Shown here: positions 14,177 to 29,030 of the stretch, piece after piece
How positions within the stretch are numbered: position 1 is the first letter of the stretch
Layout of the letters: each line of letters opens with the position of its first letter
Assembly (NCBI GenBank): GCA_012295275.1
Contig: CM022673.1
Location: 3,720,001-3,784,000 of the forward strand
DNA length: 64,000 bases
Direction of reading: 5' to 3'
Source: Chrysomallon squamiferum
Taxonomy: Eukaryota > Animalia > Mollusca
The notes under the pieces: model-generated
What the model was told of the DNA's origin: nothing
Database searches by the model: none
Seen by the model: the letters and a program-made list of their open reading frames with translations, nothing else
Program-made: the position numbers and the translations under genes

Positions 14177-15176
14177 TTATATGTATATACACACACACAT
14201 ACATTGGTACTGCAATAAAGCTGTGCTTTCACAAATATGTTTTGATGGCAAATATATTTCCTAAACATTCATAATATCTATTAAAAATATATGTGGATGA
14301 TTATTTTATTCAAGTGTACAGAAACAGCTGGCCAGGTTATATGGATATATATTAATTTAAACAGCAAATCATAAAATTATAAATAGTTTGCTGTAAATGG
14401 AAAGTTGACTAGATCCAGTGAGCCACACTTTATACACAAGAAATTGATCTTTATAAATTGCACTGTTTTGAATCGATCACTGGTCTGGCAGAATGATCAA
14501 TACTGGAGTAAAATCAATTAAATATATAAACCATTCACAAACAAAGCAACCATTTCTCCATAGTCAAAAAAAAAAAAAAAAAAAAAAAAATAAGATAAAA
14601 TAAAATAAAATAAAATAAAACCACTTCAACAAGCAGTTAATTTAAAAAATAATAATAATAATATATATATATATTAAGAAACGGTCAATAAATGATGTTT
14701 TATTTATGTAAAAGAAATAATGTAGCTGTAAAGGTAGATGTTTATTGGAGCGTGAAAAGAAGTAATTGTGAATTACAAGGTGTACTGGCAATCGATTAGC
14801 TAGACATACAGGTTAAGTAATCAATACTTAATACCCTGATCAATTAAATCTCTTAACAAGTGTGTGTGCATGCACTTGCATGTGTTTTTGCATACATCTG
14901 TAAAAATATTTCTGTCACACACATACACAACAAATGTATTTACTTTAAATGCTAATAGCCAGCTATAATTAATATTAATACAGCAACACTTACACAATTT
15001 ACCATTATTAACTTATTATTTTACCCACGTATGTAATTCAGGGAAAACCATTAGTCTTGTATTTCAAATAGACTGTTCTGGAATATAAACCTGAGAATAT
15101 GCATGATTTTTTTTTTTTAAATTTTTTTTTATTCTGAATATAATTTTATATACAGCATACAGAAACACAGACATGT

Positions 15177-15180
<4 letters not shown>

Positions 15181-15250
<70 letters not shown>
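15181..15250. repeat. (AG)n microsatellite
   Basis: Directly visible. Confidence 0.95.
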
Positions 15251-15253
<3 letters not shown>

Positions 15254-15952
15254 CATTATAATTAAAATAAAATTGAAATTCATTTAAAACATTTGTTAGA
15301 AAACTATTAATCAATCTGTTTATGGTAAGTTAAATTTTTGAAAACTGTAGACAAATAGGTAAACACATGTTATCATAATATTACCCCAGATGATGTATTT
15401 ATAAAACATATATTTTCTTTTTTAAATGTCAGACACATTTGCTACAGTCATTATTTATAAAATGTTGGGTGACAAATTTCATACAGTACTGCAATAAACA
15501 AACCATCAATCAATCCTATTCAACATGTGAAAAATATAATTTATACTTGTAAATCCAAAAACAATAAAGTATTTAAGAACACTTCATTCACACCCATACA
15601 ATTTAAACACATACAATTTAAACACATACAGACACATAATTTTATATATACTGTTGTTTCCTACAGTACAAAGTCTACATTATTCAACCAACCTCATCTC
15701 TCTCTCACACACATACACACACCACACTAAATCTAAGTTTTTATTTTATTTTATTTTTAAAAATAACAGTAATACTTACTTAGTGTTAGCAACAACATAC
15801 TGAGTTCTTTCCTATTAATATATATATATATATATATATATTCAGAAATGTCAGAAAGGTAAATAATAATAATGTTAAAACTAATTTATTCTTTTAGAAA
15901 ACCAAGGATCAAATATGTTAACTTGTTGATTACAAAGTAATATAGTTAAAGG

Positions 15953-15983
<31 letters not shown>

Positions 15984-18900
15984 TTTTTAAAAATAAATTG
16001 CAAACAATAAATGAAATAAATTAAAATGTAGGCTACTTTTAAAGTGAAGCACTCAACATATATCCCTTATCTTCTACTAAATTATTTTTATTTTTCAGAC
16101 AAAACTATAAAATCAACCTGAATCGTAATCACCAGATGTGCTCATTAATTGCCCCATATCCTCATGATAATCAGGTCCAATAATTTTCAAGATACCTTGC
16201 TGCTACTTACATAAAGAAAACATGTCTGTGACTCAACTATATGTAGAAATATTCACACACAGGGAAGCTACATATTTTCTTTGACTTTAGTGCAAGTAGT
16301 TTTTAACTGTTTTCACTGCTGGCTTGCTAAAATGTTTTGAAACTTGAGAAAACTGTGTTCACTTTACTTCTGGGTTTTTTCTGTTCCTACTACTACACTT
16401 AAAACTAGTCAGAGAAAAACAAGGCAATAACTACTGCAGTGGCTCATCCCAGAATAATTAGGTGACTAATGTGGAGGAAAGTAAGTTCATGAAAACTGAA
16501 GCAAATGAATAACAGAAACCATAAAAACATATATATGAACAAATAATAATCATACTCATAGTAAATAAATAAAACTAAAAATGTACCTTTTATTTTCTGT
16601 GTGTATGTTTACTAGCACATACAACTTAATGTGTGTATGCAAGAATATATGCGCACAAATGTGTATATGAGTATGTACGAATATATACATTTCAAAGTGT
16701 GTATGAGTAGGTATAAATGTGGGTGTCTATGAGTATAAATATTGTGAGTGAGTGAGTGAGTGAGTAAGTTTGAATGTACATCCCAGGTGATTAAGTATTC
16801 TGAATACTTGCAAGTGCAACTATTAAGTGAAGTTCTTCATCAAATTATAATGTACCTTTTCTAACAAAATAAAAGTTGTTTGTACACGTAGATAAATAAA
16901 TACATCAAAGAAAAGTTTTTGCTTATCTTAAACTTTTATTGCCCTATGTCTCATTTAATAAGATTTTTACCTGTACATGGCCACAAGCCTAATATGAATC
17001 ATACAAGGTCGTTTATTAAGCCAGAGAATTTCTCCCATTATTTATAAACAAATTTACACTTGAACCTTTTTGGTTCAAATTTAAGTACTTTTTACCAGGA
17101 TGTTTTAAAGGGTTTTTAAATTAAAATAATATCAATAATTCATCAACCACACACTATTAAAGTTGTTAACTGTTAATTTAATGAGCACATGATGAGCTGT
17201 TTTAAATGTAGTCGTTTTTTCCTTAGTATTTCTTTAGTGGGGTGGGGTTCAATAAAATACATACATAATAATTTTGCTTTATTTATGTTTATTTTTAATA
17301 TATTTTTTTTCTTCAAAAAATAAAGCCATAAAATAATGAAGGCTTTATGACTACATCTGTTGCTATGACATCACGGAGTGCATTGATGTACATGTATAAT
17401 GAACCTGTAACATAATGAGTTTATTTTATAGTCTACAGAATTCATCTGAAGGTTTAATGAACCGTATGAGGAAATGCAGGTGACATAAAATAATTATACC
17501 TAATCCACAAATACACGAGGCCATGTGTTTGCATATAAACTGTTTTCCCTGGATCAATATATTTATTCCAAATAATAACAATAACAATAACAATAACAAC
17601 AACAACAATAATAATAATATTAAGAAGAATAAGAATAAGAAGAAGAAGAAAATTATATATATAGATTTGAACATGTCACTGTCAAATCATAAACTTTCAT
17701 GTAAATATGTCCTGGCATTTTCATTTTTTTTTGTGTGTGTGTGTGTGTGTGTGTTTGTCTGTGTCTGTTTGGTCTGCATGTTATTAAGATCATTTAATTT
17801 TCTTAATCAAAATCAGTAGAACAAAATGATCAATTCTATTTAATAAGTATTGAAGTATTATTTAGTATTAAACGGCAATGAAAGTGAAACTATAGTGAAT
17901 AAACAGTGAAAATTGTCCTTAAAGATACAGTTTATATGCATGCATTTTTACTAAAGGTAAATGATCACTGAAACACCAGGAATATTTAGTGTGGTTTTTT
18001 TTTTAAATAAAGAAGCACAAGTGTTCTTGTTGTTAGAATAAACAATGTTTTCACTACATACAAACTTACATAAACATACAAAACTTCCAGGTTGATGTGC
18101 AAGGTCTGTACATGATCTGAAATTCTAACTGTTTATTTAACATGAAATTCTACACCATCACTTCTGTGTTTTTATATTTGACACCACAAATCCATTTAAT
18201 TGGAAAAAAAATAAAAAAAATAAAAATTAAAAGGGAAAGTAAATTTCTCTGGCAAAAATATCAATGAACAAGAATTTGTTATTTATTTATTATAGAAATA
18301 AATAATGAAAACATTAAAAATAAGATTTAAAAGTTTCAAGTTACCACAGAGATGTATTGTAAATAACTGTCACAAGAAATACTTGTAATATATTCTGAGT
18401 CAGATATAATCCTAGTGAGATTTTTCTATTTGATGTTATTTTGATAGCCATCCAGAAACTGCCTATCAATCAACACAGGCCACTAATGTCAAAAAATATT
18501 CAGACTGCATAAACACAGACCTGATCTTCTGATATCTGCATTCAAAGTGTTTATAAGTTCTTACTGACATTTTTCTCAAAAAAAAAATAAAAAAATAATA
18601 ATAATAAAATTATATAAATAATAATAATAATAATAAAAAATAAACATCATCAAATATGACTAATAAAAATAAAAGTAAAATAAATAAATAAATAAAAAAC
18701 AGAAGTAAAGGAGATCAACAAAAAGAAACAAATGCTTACATTTTATAATTAATATAACACAAACAGTCAAACAATGCATGTTTGATCCTCATAAGTACAC
18801 CTCCCGAAATATGTATCAGACTTTTACCTCTAAAGAAAATAATATGATACAGCTAATCACAAGAAACAGTAAAGATACCATACTAAATTTTTATTATTTT

Positions 18901-21692
18901 TTATCAGAATGACACACCAGGCAAATCCAGTCATATATTCCTACCAATAATATTACATTAAATTTCAATATATTTATGTAACAAACTGATATTGTATTTA
19001 TTTAAAATTATGTCAATAAGATGTATGTGTGGTTATTATTACTAAACTGAAATGTTATTTATACTATTTTCAGTATGAAATACAACATGTGAAATAATGA
19101 ACTGACCTCTGGTGTGTATATAATATATATAAATAATCTAAGTAAGTAAAATGTTGACTTTTTTTTTTACACTGACAGTTAAATTCTTATTTTATCAAAT
19201 TGTGTTTATCATAATTAGAGTTAAAAACAAGAAGGTATTTACATACCCACACACCAAAACAGACAATAATAATAATAATATTAATAATAATAATAATAAT
19301 AATAATGATGATGATGATAATGATGAAAAAGCACATCTGGCACTGTCTTTAGCATTCAAGAATTTGAAACTGAATGACTAACACTTATTAACATCATGAT
19401 CACATTTAAACACACATATTCTTTTTATCACTGTATTCTTAATATATCTTTTCACATTTGTTTCACCAAGTTAACTTTAGATTATCTTTCAGCTACACAC
19501 AAATATAGTAATTTATCTGGTTAATAAAAATGTATGCTACACTTAATTTTCATAAACGAAACAGTTTCATACTTTCTAATTACAATTTTTTAAAAAACAT
19601 TTGTATTTTTTTTTTAAACTTTTATTAGTAATAAGTAAAAACACTTTGTGCAATATCACACATACACATTGTAAGATTACATTTTTTTATCACACTCTCA
19701 TATATGTACACAGGGCATATACATATAAAGTATGTGTACCACATAAACAAACTGTTACTCTTGTTTTTATCACAGAATTTGTACATGAATACAAATACTT
19801 GAGTTATATTTTTTTTTAACTTTACCACTGCAGCAGTGAAAAGTACTGGGGATTCTGTTAACAATTTTTTTTTTATTTAAGTATACCTGTGGTGGTTTCA
19901 AACAAAAAAGGAAAAATGTTACAATTTTCATTTCTAATTCAGTCTTTAAGGTTTGTTTTAATTTCCATAAATGATATGAGAATGTGGTCAAGGACCACAA
20001 ATGGCTCACTGCTCCTGTAAATATTTGTTGTATTATCATTCAACTTTATTATTAACAACAAAAATTAAATAGCAGTGTAAAAAGAAGACAACATGACCTA
20101 AGTAAACAAAGTGCTGACTATTTGTTTGCACCACAGATGTGTAATTTCAAGAACTTTGATGTCAAATGTAAATGTTAATGCGCAGTAGTTTCTAAAAAAA
20201 AAAAAGATCAGATTTTGTTTCAGTTGCAGAAGTATTTATTTTCATTAAAACAGCTAACTCAAACGTATTACATAAATGTATATATACATACATGTGTGTG
20301 TGTGTGTGAGTCTCTGTGTACATGTGTGTGTATATTTTCCTTTGAAAACATCATTTACTTAGCCACACACCAATATAATTTTGATACATAATTCTGCATG
20401 TATGATAAATCTAATCCATAAATCCATGTAAATAAAATATATATACAGTGAAGTACGTGTAGAAAATAAGTTAGAACCCATCACAACTGAAAACTGATCC
20501 ATTACTCAAAGTTTGTTTTGTTAACATTACATTTGCAACAATATATCAAATACATACATGTATTTATTTATAAGTATATATTTGTAAGGTATCCATGATC
20601 ACATAACACAGTTTCAATACATAAAAATATTTTATAATAACAATAATGATAATAAAAAGGCAAATATTACATTTATTATCTTAACCTGGTAATAGTCTCC
20701 CTTCCCAATTAAAATAATGAATGATAAACAAAAAAGTGACTATTATATGCGAATAATTTTAAAGTTTTCTTTGAACATTTTTACAGTGGAAAGTACTTAA
20801 AAAAGGAGAAATAATTGCTCTTTCAATTGATCAGTTGTCATTTCACACCAAAGATGTCAAAAGAACAATGTGTGGGATTGAAAGTAGAAAACTAAAAGCA
20901 AACAAGCATACAGGGATATTTACCCCAAATATACATGAAAATTGACACTTCCCTGCAGTGCAAACTTTGCAGTTTACAAGAAGACACAACAGAATGTTAG
21001 TGTCCAAATCAAGACTAAAGATATAAACTTGTACTAAATAAAATTAAATTAAAAAAAATTAAATAATAAAAGCAAAAAATAAAAGCATAAAATAAAATAG
21101 AGCAATTAAAAGAAAAACAGAAATATTTGTAGTATGAACGATAATGGAGCTATTAACTATACATTTTTATGCTGATTCTTAAACAATCTTAAAATGTGCT
21201 TACACAACAAAGTGGAGTAACGACTGCATACATGGCCTTAAAATTTAATTAATGATTCCATTGTTATTTAAATTTGCTTCCCACCAAAACAAATCATACA
21301 TTTAAAAATGTATGTTGAAGCTTTAAAAATGTATAAAATATTCATAGTATATAAACAAATCTACATAAAATGTAACAGGCTTTTACAGTAATAGTGAGGT
21401 GGGGGGATTCTATTTTTACACTTAATATGACAAAAGCAAATGTGGTTCTCCCACATTCACCTGTATTGTGTCTTTCAGTTCATGTATTTTGTTTGGTTCA
21501 TGCCTTATTTGTATTTCTAAATTGTAAGCACTTTCCAAATGGTTTATTTATGAACCTTAAAGTATAAAGAAGACTATACAGTTTTTGTAAGAAAAGAAGA
21601 AAAAATGCATGCAGTTTTATTATTCTGCTGCTGGTGGGTCTCACCATCACAGTATTTGACTATTAATTATTGTACTGCTTCATCGTAACACA

Positions 21693-21754
<62 letters not shown>

Positions 21755-23001
21755 TGCTTAAGACATATAAATAAACATTTTCTTCTATTCAAAATGTGAT
21801 TAAAAAAATTTAAAAAAAATAAAAATAATAATAATAATAAAATAACAAAAATAAATGAATAACAGCAAATAAAACGAAAAACTTCTTAAGTAAATATTCA
21901 AAAGACATTTTGTAGAAATCAGACGTAAACCAAATCACTGTGAAGAATATGAGGGTTTTAATCTTATTTAGTTATAGCCCAATCTTATCTGATTATAGTT
22001 AACAATTACATATTTGTTTATTTATTTATTTATTAACATTAAAGCTACGTTTATGGTCAAATATTTCTACTAAATGAAGGTTAGAGTGGAACAGACTGCC
22101 AGAACAAAATAAATTATTACTGTTGATGTTGCTCCGTTTAAGTTTTAATATATAAATGCACCTGTGTGTGTAAAAACAACAATAATTTATAACTATCACA
22201 GTGAAACATTTAAATGAAAACTCAAATTAATATACTTAATGTAATGTATGTAAAAGTGCATACACTATCATACAGTATTATAATGTTAGAAAATATTATA
22301 AAGAGTACTGAAATGTTGGTATCATTTTGGTACAAATATGTTTGAAAATAATTAGGCAACAAATAATTATGAAAATTATCAAATCAAAAGTAACTGAAGC
22401 TAAATTCTCACAAGGCTTACCCCAAACACAATTCTGACAAATGCAAATTTTTTTTTTTTTTTTTTTTTTCGTTTAAAATAAGAACTGTAGTACCATATAA
22501 AATACATATTAACAAAACAAATATAATATATTCGCCAAAGTAACAAAAACCAATTAATGGGTTATTCCAGTAAAAGCCTTATGTATAGTGGACATTTAGT
22601 GCTCATAATAAACCTTATCATTATCAAGACTTATCAAGTTACATGCATCCGAACAAGTTTCAAAACAAAATAAAACAGTCAGGTTTCACAAAAATAAGTC
22701 AGTTCTTTGTTTTTTGCAAATTTCAACATCTTCCCAAAGTAACGAAATACCACCTATTAACATGCCCATAAGTAACTTGCATGAAACAAACCGAAGTACC
22801 AAGTATGTGTCGGTGGCTATGTATCGACACTCGTAAATCCTGTAAAAGCATATAAATATATACGATACATCTATAATGGTTTTTCAGCAAGAATAGTTAA
22901 TAATCCGAAAAATAAATTTTCCAGCTGCAGCAAATTTCAATCAAAAACACTGTAACAATAACATGGAATCAAATATCATCAAACGAAAAATGACATCTTA
23001 C

Positions 23002-23070
23002 CTCCGAATTATCGCCATGTTGAATGTTCATTGAATGCTAAATTAGGAAATTGGAAGTGGCTATTCGTAC
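23002..23070 (-). promoter_or_regulatory. Probable first (non-coding) exon / TSS region of p190RhoGAP with YY1-like motif CAACATGGCG
   Basis: Consensus donor GAG|GTAAGA at 23001; AACATGGCG (YY1-type, typical just downstream of a TSS) at 23013-23021; local CpG retention in otherwise CpG-poor DNA; 5' end approximate. Confidence 0.55.
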
Positions 23071-23297
23071 GGAACCGACTTAACAAATAAACGATTCGCT
23101 GAAACATTATTCATTATGTGGCTTTCTTTAAAATATACGTACTTTTATTTAATCTATTTATAAATCTATAAACAAATTTAATCTTCTACAAAATGCGAGA
23201 ATCACATAAATAGTCATTATTTTATTTGAAAACTATTTCGGTGCTGATTGTAGTTATGTTTTGATTGCCACAAGATATTACAGATTTGTTTTTTTTT

Positions 23298-23341
<44 letters not shown>

Positions 23342-25196
23342 CTTAATCTTATAACCATCAAAATCAGAAACATTATTATTATTATTTTATAAAGATTGGT
23401 TCCATATAAGAATTCAAAATATGGTATAAAGACGATTTAGAAATGAATATAGTGATTAATAATGTCGTAATATTGTTGTTGTTTTTTAATACAAAACTAA
23501 TTTTACTTACTGTATATATATTACAAAATACTAAAATAGCATAGAGATAAAAGATAACAACAATTCACAATTAGAAACACAAAATCCTTTGATCGAAGCG
23601 CTTGCAATTAGTCTATATAAGTATATATTATTAATTCAACTTATCCTTCGTTACAGATTCACGTATAAAAATGGTTTTGAACGACGACAATGAACAAAGG
23701 TAATTCCAAATGTTCAGAAACCTGGAACATCCATCATGGGCGTAAAATTTGTCAAATGAAAAAAAAAAAAAAAAAAACATCATTAAACAATAAATTAATG
23801 AATTATCATTAAAATCAGTCAGCAAAATATATTATATAGAGGGCATTTGACCACCACAGAAGATGAATTTACTCTATGTTAAATACTTTCTACACCTGAC
23901 AAATGCAATTAAAATGACAGGAAGAAATGTACAGAACTGGATTCTTTCATCTCTGTGTTTATAGATATCATAACAGATTGTCAGTAAATTGTAACATTTT
24001 ATCACTTTATTTATTCTAAATCTGTTTATATAAATACACATTTATTATATTTATATTTTTTAACGAGAGATTTTCTGGTTTACTATTGTTGTTTTAAAAA
24101 CACGGTTCTGGAAAAATAACCCTCTCGTACGATCAGTCTACAAAATGACCCGCAAGGCATCAAATTTAGTTTCGTATTTTAGATGAATCGCCACAAGGGA
24201 AACACGAGTTCGTCTTTTAATAAAAATACAGTAAGATGTCTAAAGCAAATATGCTCCAGATAATTGTTAAGGAGTTTGTATTTATTTCAAAACACGGCCG
24301 GACCATTTGTATATTTATGACATCATATATATTATTAAAAGGACATGAACGACTTTGGAAGAAGAAGTAAAAAAAAAATCTATAAAAAAAATAAAATAAA
24401 ATAAAACATTGGTGCCGACTAGCTCTGTCTTCTTGACATATATAACTGAATTCTAATAGAGCTACGTCAATTTTATGGCTTAATTCGCACAAAATGAAAC
24501 CAGTCTATGCATTCTCTTGGAGGCCTAATCTGGATATATACCAAATATTTTAACAAAAAATATGTTTTATTAAATATATATTTATTTATTTCATATAATT
24601 ATGGGAAAAAACAACTAAAAAAACCCCACCAAACCAGTTGAATCCCATTATTATAATATATTTTAATAATAGAAACAAGCCATTATTTGCAATCTCAACT
24701 TTTTTCATTATACACATGTTGTTAGTAAACACATTTTTTTTGTTATACAAATAATTATCTAGAAATGATTTCATCATCATTATCTTTTTATTATTATTAT
24801 TCTGATTATTTTCTTAAAATCAATGACCTCATTTTTCCCTAAATTTAATATTTATTAATAATTGTAATTTATGAACTAAGATGTACTTTTTTTAAAAAAC
24901 ATTTTATTCTTTTAAAAGGCTTAAATTTAAAAATTTAAACAAAACAATAACAACAAAAAACCCACAATAAGTCTGCAGTTATTTTATTTATTCAAAGAAA
25001 ATATTAACATAAAAAGATAAGTGAACTACTAATTCTTTTCACATTTGCATAAAAAGTATAAAGTATAAAGTGTATAGTAAAACTGTCACAAAAGCATGTA
25101 TTAAAATGTTGATGCATATCTTTTTGCACATACATATGTGTGTGTTATATATATACATATATATATATATAAAAATATATATATATATTCACACAG

Positions 25197-25237
<41 letters not shown>

Positions 25238-26435
25238 TTTCTTTTTGAATATATAAATTAACTTATGTCTGGGTATGGGGCATTTTTTGTTTATCAAATG
25301 AATGAACATTATAATAGCCCTTATTGCTGCTTTTTTTCTGTACTTTATTAATTCAGGTCACACCTTAATTATCAGCAGTGCTGTTGTGGCATAGATGATA
25401 CAGAAGATAAAATATATTAACATATTTCTTATGCCCATAATGTATTTACAATAATTTATTTAAGTGATATTAGAACATGAAACATATATCCTTGATGATG
25501 ATGATGATGATATTGATAACATTCATAATAACCATAATAACACTAAAAATAATTATCATCATCATCATCATTATTATCATTATAATGATCATGATCATAA
25601 CAATGACATAACATTTCAGTCAAGGAAACATTTTTATTATTTTACAAATATACATTGGCCAGTGTATTATGCATTTGTTGAAATATTTTATTTGCATGAT
25701 CTTTGTTGGAATATTTACACTATATATTAGATGAAGATAGAGATGTATGTTAATATTGAATTAATTTTTTTTATTGCATTAGCATATTTGATCTTCCAGG
25801 TTTGTCTCCATATATAAATCAAACAATTACAGTTAGTACATTTACTCCATACATAAATATGTATATCAGATGGGTAAACAAAACTACAAAAAAAATGGAT
25901 TATATATATCAAAATTCACATTATGAAGCTTTTTAATAATGTACATGATTAATATTATTTTCCATTGCTGGCCAGAATTTCAAGTTACTATCTCTAGTAG
26001 TATTTACAAAAGGCCACAATTGAATTCAGATATTGTGAATCAGTGCATTTTTTCCCCCACCTGATGTTTCTTTCTATCTATTTTTTTTTTCTTTATATGT
26101 ATATTATAGTCTATTGTAGAATGATCTTACTACTAATATGGAAAACAAGGGTGTTCAATGATTTTTCTAAGGGTTTAAATATTAATTATAATTCCACATA
26201 TGTTTTTAAATATTAACAATTTTAAATAAATTTTATTTTTTTAAATAATATTTTCAGTAAGACATATGCAAGGTTATGTAATCTTGCCAAAAATTTATAT
26301 CTGAAAGTAGGCTATCCTTCAACATAATATTACATATAATTTATTATGTATTAAGAAAAAAAAAAGATGGAAACTGAGAAAGTATGTATATGTATTAATG
26401 ATTTATTGTTTTTCTTGTGTAGAATCTCCTTATTA

Positions 26436-26469
<34 letters not shown>

Positions 26470-27993
26470 TTTAATAAAATAAAAATATATAAAATAATAA
26501 TAATAAAAATTAATAATAAATAAAATAAATAATTAAAAAAATAAAAATAAATAAATAAATCAAATCCCAAACCAAAACAAACATTAAATTTATTAATATT
26601 ATGGCACAACATTTCTAAGCAATATGGAAAGTCAAAAAAGAATAAATAATAAACAAATTTATTTAAAAAATAAAACATGACATTTTTACAATTTTATATG
26701 TAAAATATCTGAATAGTGCATAATGCTAAATTTTATGAGGAAGCACAGAAATTGCTAAATTCAGCATAAAATAAAAATACATTAGAACATTAAACTGAAT
26801 TATCTTTAGTGCATTTCACATTATTTGAAAATAAGTTACAAAAAATTAAAATAAAAAATTAAGAAATAATGGTTTTATTAATATCTCTGTGACATTTATG
26901 TCTATATATATATATATATATATATATTAATACAAATATTTAGGTATTTATTATCTCCAATAAATAATTTTATAAAACATTTAATTTTGATAGAAATTAC
27001 AGAAAATTAAAAAAAAATTTTTTTTAATAAAAAATAAAATGTGGTAACTCATAATTTATTTATATCAGTTTATTTTTGTAGCAGTTGTCAATATTCTTCC
27101 AGAAAATTTTACACAATTTTTACATAAATATTTATCAACTGAAATTAATTTATTTAAAAGAATGACAAATAAATGCAATAAATCGATAAAACGTTTTCAA
27201 TCTTTTTGTTTTACAGGCAGCTAATTCTTTTTAGTAAATTTGTACAGGTCATTATGACTTATTCTAACTGGTCCATTTTGCATCAGTAGTATGACTCATT
27301 CAAACTAGTATATTTTGCTGCAACAATTTATTTTTATCTTTCATTATTTTATTTTATTCATACTTACCGCTGCTAACACAAATCAGAATAACAATTCAGT
27401 CTAAATGTTTTGAATAAAAAAATATGACTCATTCTAATTGGACATTTTATAAGATGAATGACTCAATCTAAACAGATTTTCTTTCTAATCAATTTAAATG
27501 ACTAATTGTGAATATTCACTGGAGGTCTCATAACTCATAAATTATCTCTTTGTCTTCTGAAATGATCATTTTATGAGCCCAGTGGCCAGTAATCAAATAA
27601 GATATTTAATATGGTTAACGTAAATGAAAGTAAAAAATAAAGAGTTTTAGGTCTTCTTTGGAGTAATGACCACCCCTGTTCACTTAAGCCATACTTGTAC
27701 TGCATTTCGAAACATTTTGTTGTTGTTTGTAAAGAAATAAAATAACTACGGGCATGTATATACCTAAACTGAATATGTCCAGACTTTAGTACCTTTTTAT
27801 TTTATTTTAATTAATTAAGGTTGTAAGTCTCAAGCTAGCATTTACAAAATCAGCAAAAATAAAATTATAATTAAAAAATAATAATAATAAAAATAATAAA
27901 ATGAATTAAATTAAAACAAATCATTACTGGCACCAATTTTTTGTTTTTAGATTATTCAACTTTTTTTACTTATATATATATATATGTATTAAA

Positions 27994-28135
27994 ATATTTA
28001 TCATTAAACATTATGACATGATAACTATTATAAATGTCTTTATAAAATTGACATTAACATTAAAAGTTAATGTGTATATAGATATGTGTGTGTATGTATG
28101 TATGTTATCGTGTCATAATGTTTAATGATAAATAT
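27994..28135. repeat. 32-bp inverted repeat (31/32 match) with a 78-nt spacer
   Basis: ATATTTATCATTAAACATTATGACATGATAAC (27994-28025) vs GTTATCGTGTCATAATGTTTAATGATAAATAT (28104-28135). Confidence 0.9.
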
Positions 28136-28228
28136 ATATACACACACACATTTAGATACATAATTTTCTGAAATATGTGCATGATATAGATGCTTTTAAA
28201 TATCTTGGTCTTTTTATTTATTTATTTA

Positions 28229-28285
<57 letters not shown>

Positions 28286-28779
28286 TTGAGACCAACATGT
28301 GAATGACTTTTATTTTTTTAAAAATCACAAATTATTAAATGCTGTTTTTCTAATTAATGAACATGACTAGATTGGTCCTTCCTTGCTGTGTTAATCTTGT
28401 CACATGACAAATCACATGATAACTATAAATTGCACTGATTGGTTAATTCTTTCTAATTTGTATTATTTTAGTTAATGTTTAGTTTATCAGAATACAGATT
28501 TTATTTGAGTTTTTAATTTTATTCACATGTTTATCAAATTTAATTCAAAAATGAATGGAGATACGGCCATTTTTGTTTGTTTTATCATTACAATAACAAT
28601 AAAAACATTTCTTTGTTAAAAAGGTCAACAGTACATTTATTGTCTGTACAGATTACACATAATATTGTAAATATTCATATTTATGCTTACTGAAAAATAA
28701 AATAATGATGAACATTATTTAAAATTATAAGAACATTTAAAATCACAGACACAAGAGCACTAAAAATGGTATACACAAA

Positions 28780-29030
28780 AGACTGAAATTTTAATAATTT
28801 AAAAAAGGAAAGAAATTTTTGAAATTTAAAAAATAAGACAAATTTTAATAATTTAAATAAGAAAACAAATTTACAAAATTTAAATAAGAAAACAAATTTA
28901 CAATATTTAAAAAAAGAAAACAAATTTTAATATTTATATAAAAAAATAATTTTAATTTATAAACAAAACAAATGTTAATAATTTAAAAACAAAACAAAAT
29001 TAAATAATTTAAAAAATAAAACAAATTTCA
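28780..29030. repeat. Degenerate AT-rich ~27-bp tandem repeat (AAACAAATTTTAATAATTTAAA...)
   Basis: Recurrent ACAAATTT/ATTTAAA units. Confidence 0.7.

Noticed and set aside
13744-14274. Cluster of overlapping ORFs in the p190 first intron
   Set aside because: No recognisable domain or consistent splice structure; the ORFs run into (CT)n. Probably an old repeat fragment or regulatory DNA.
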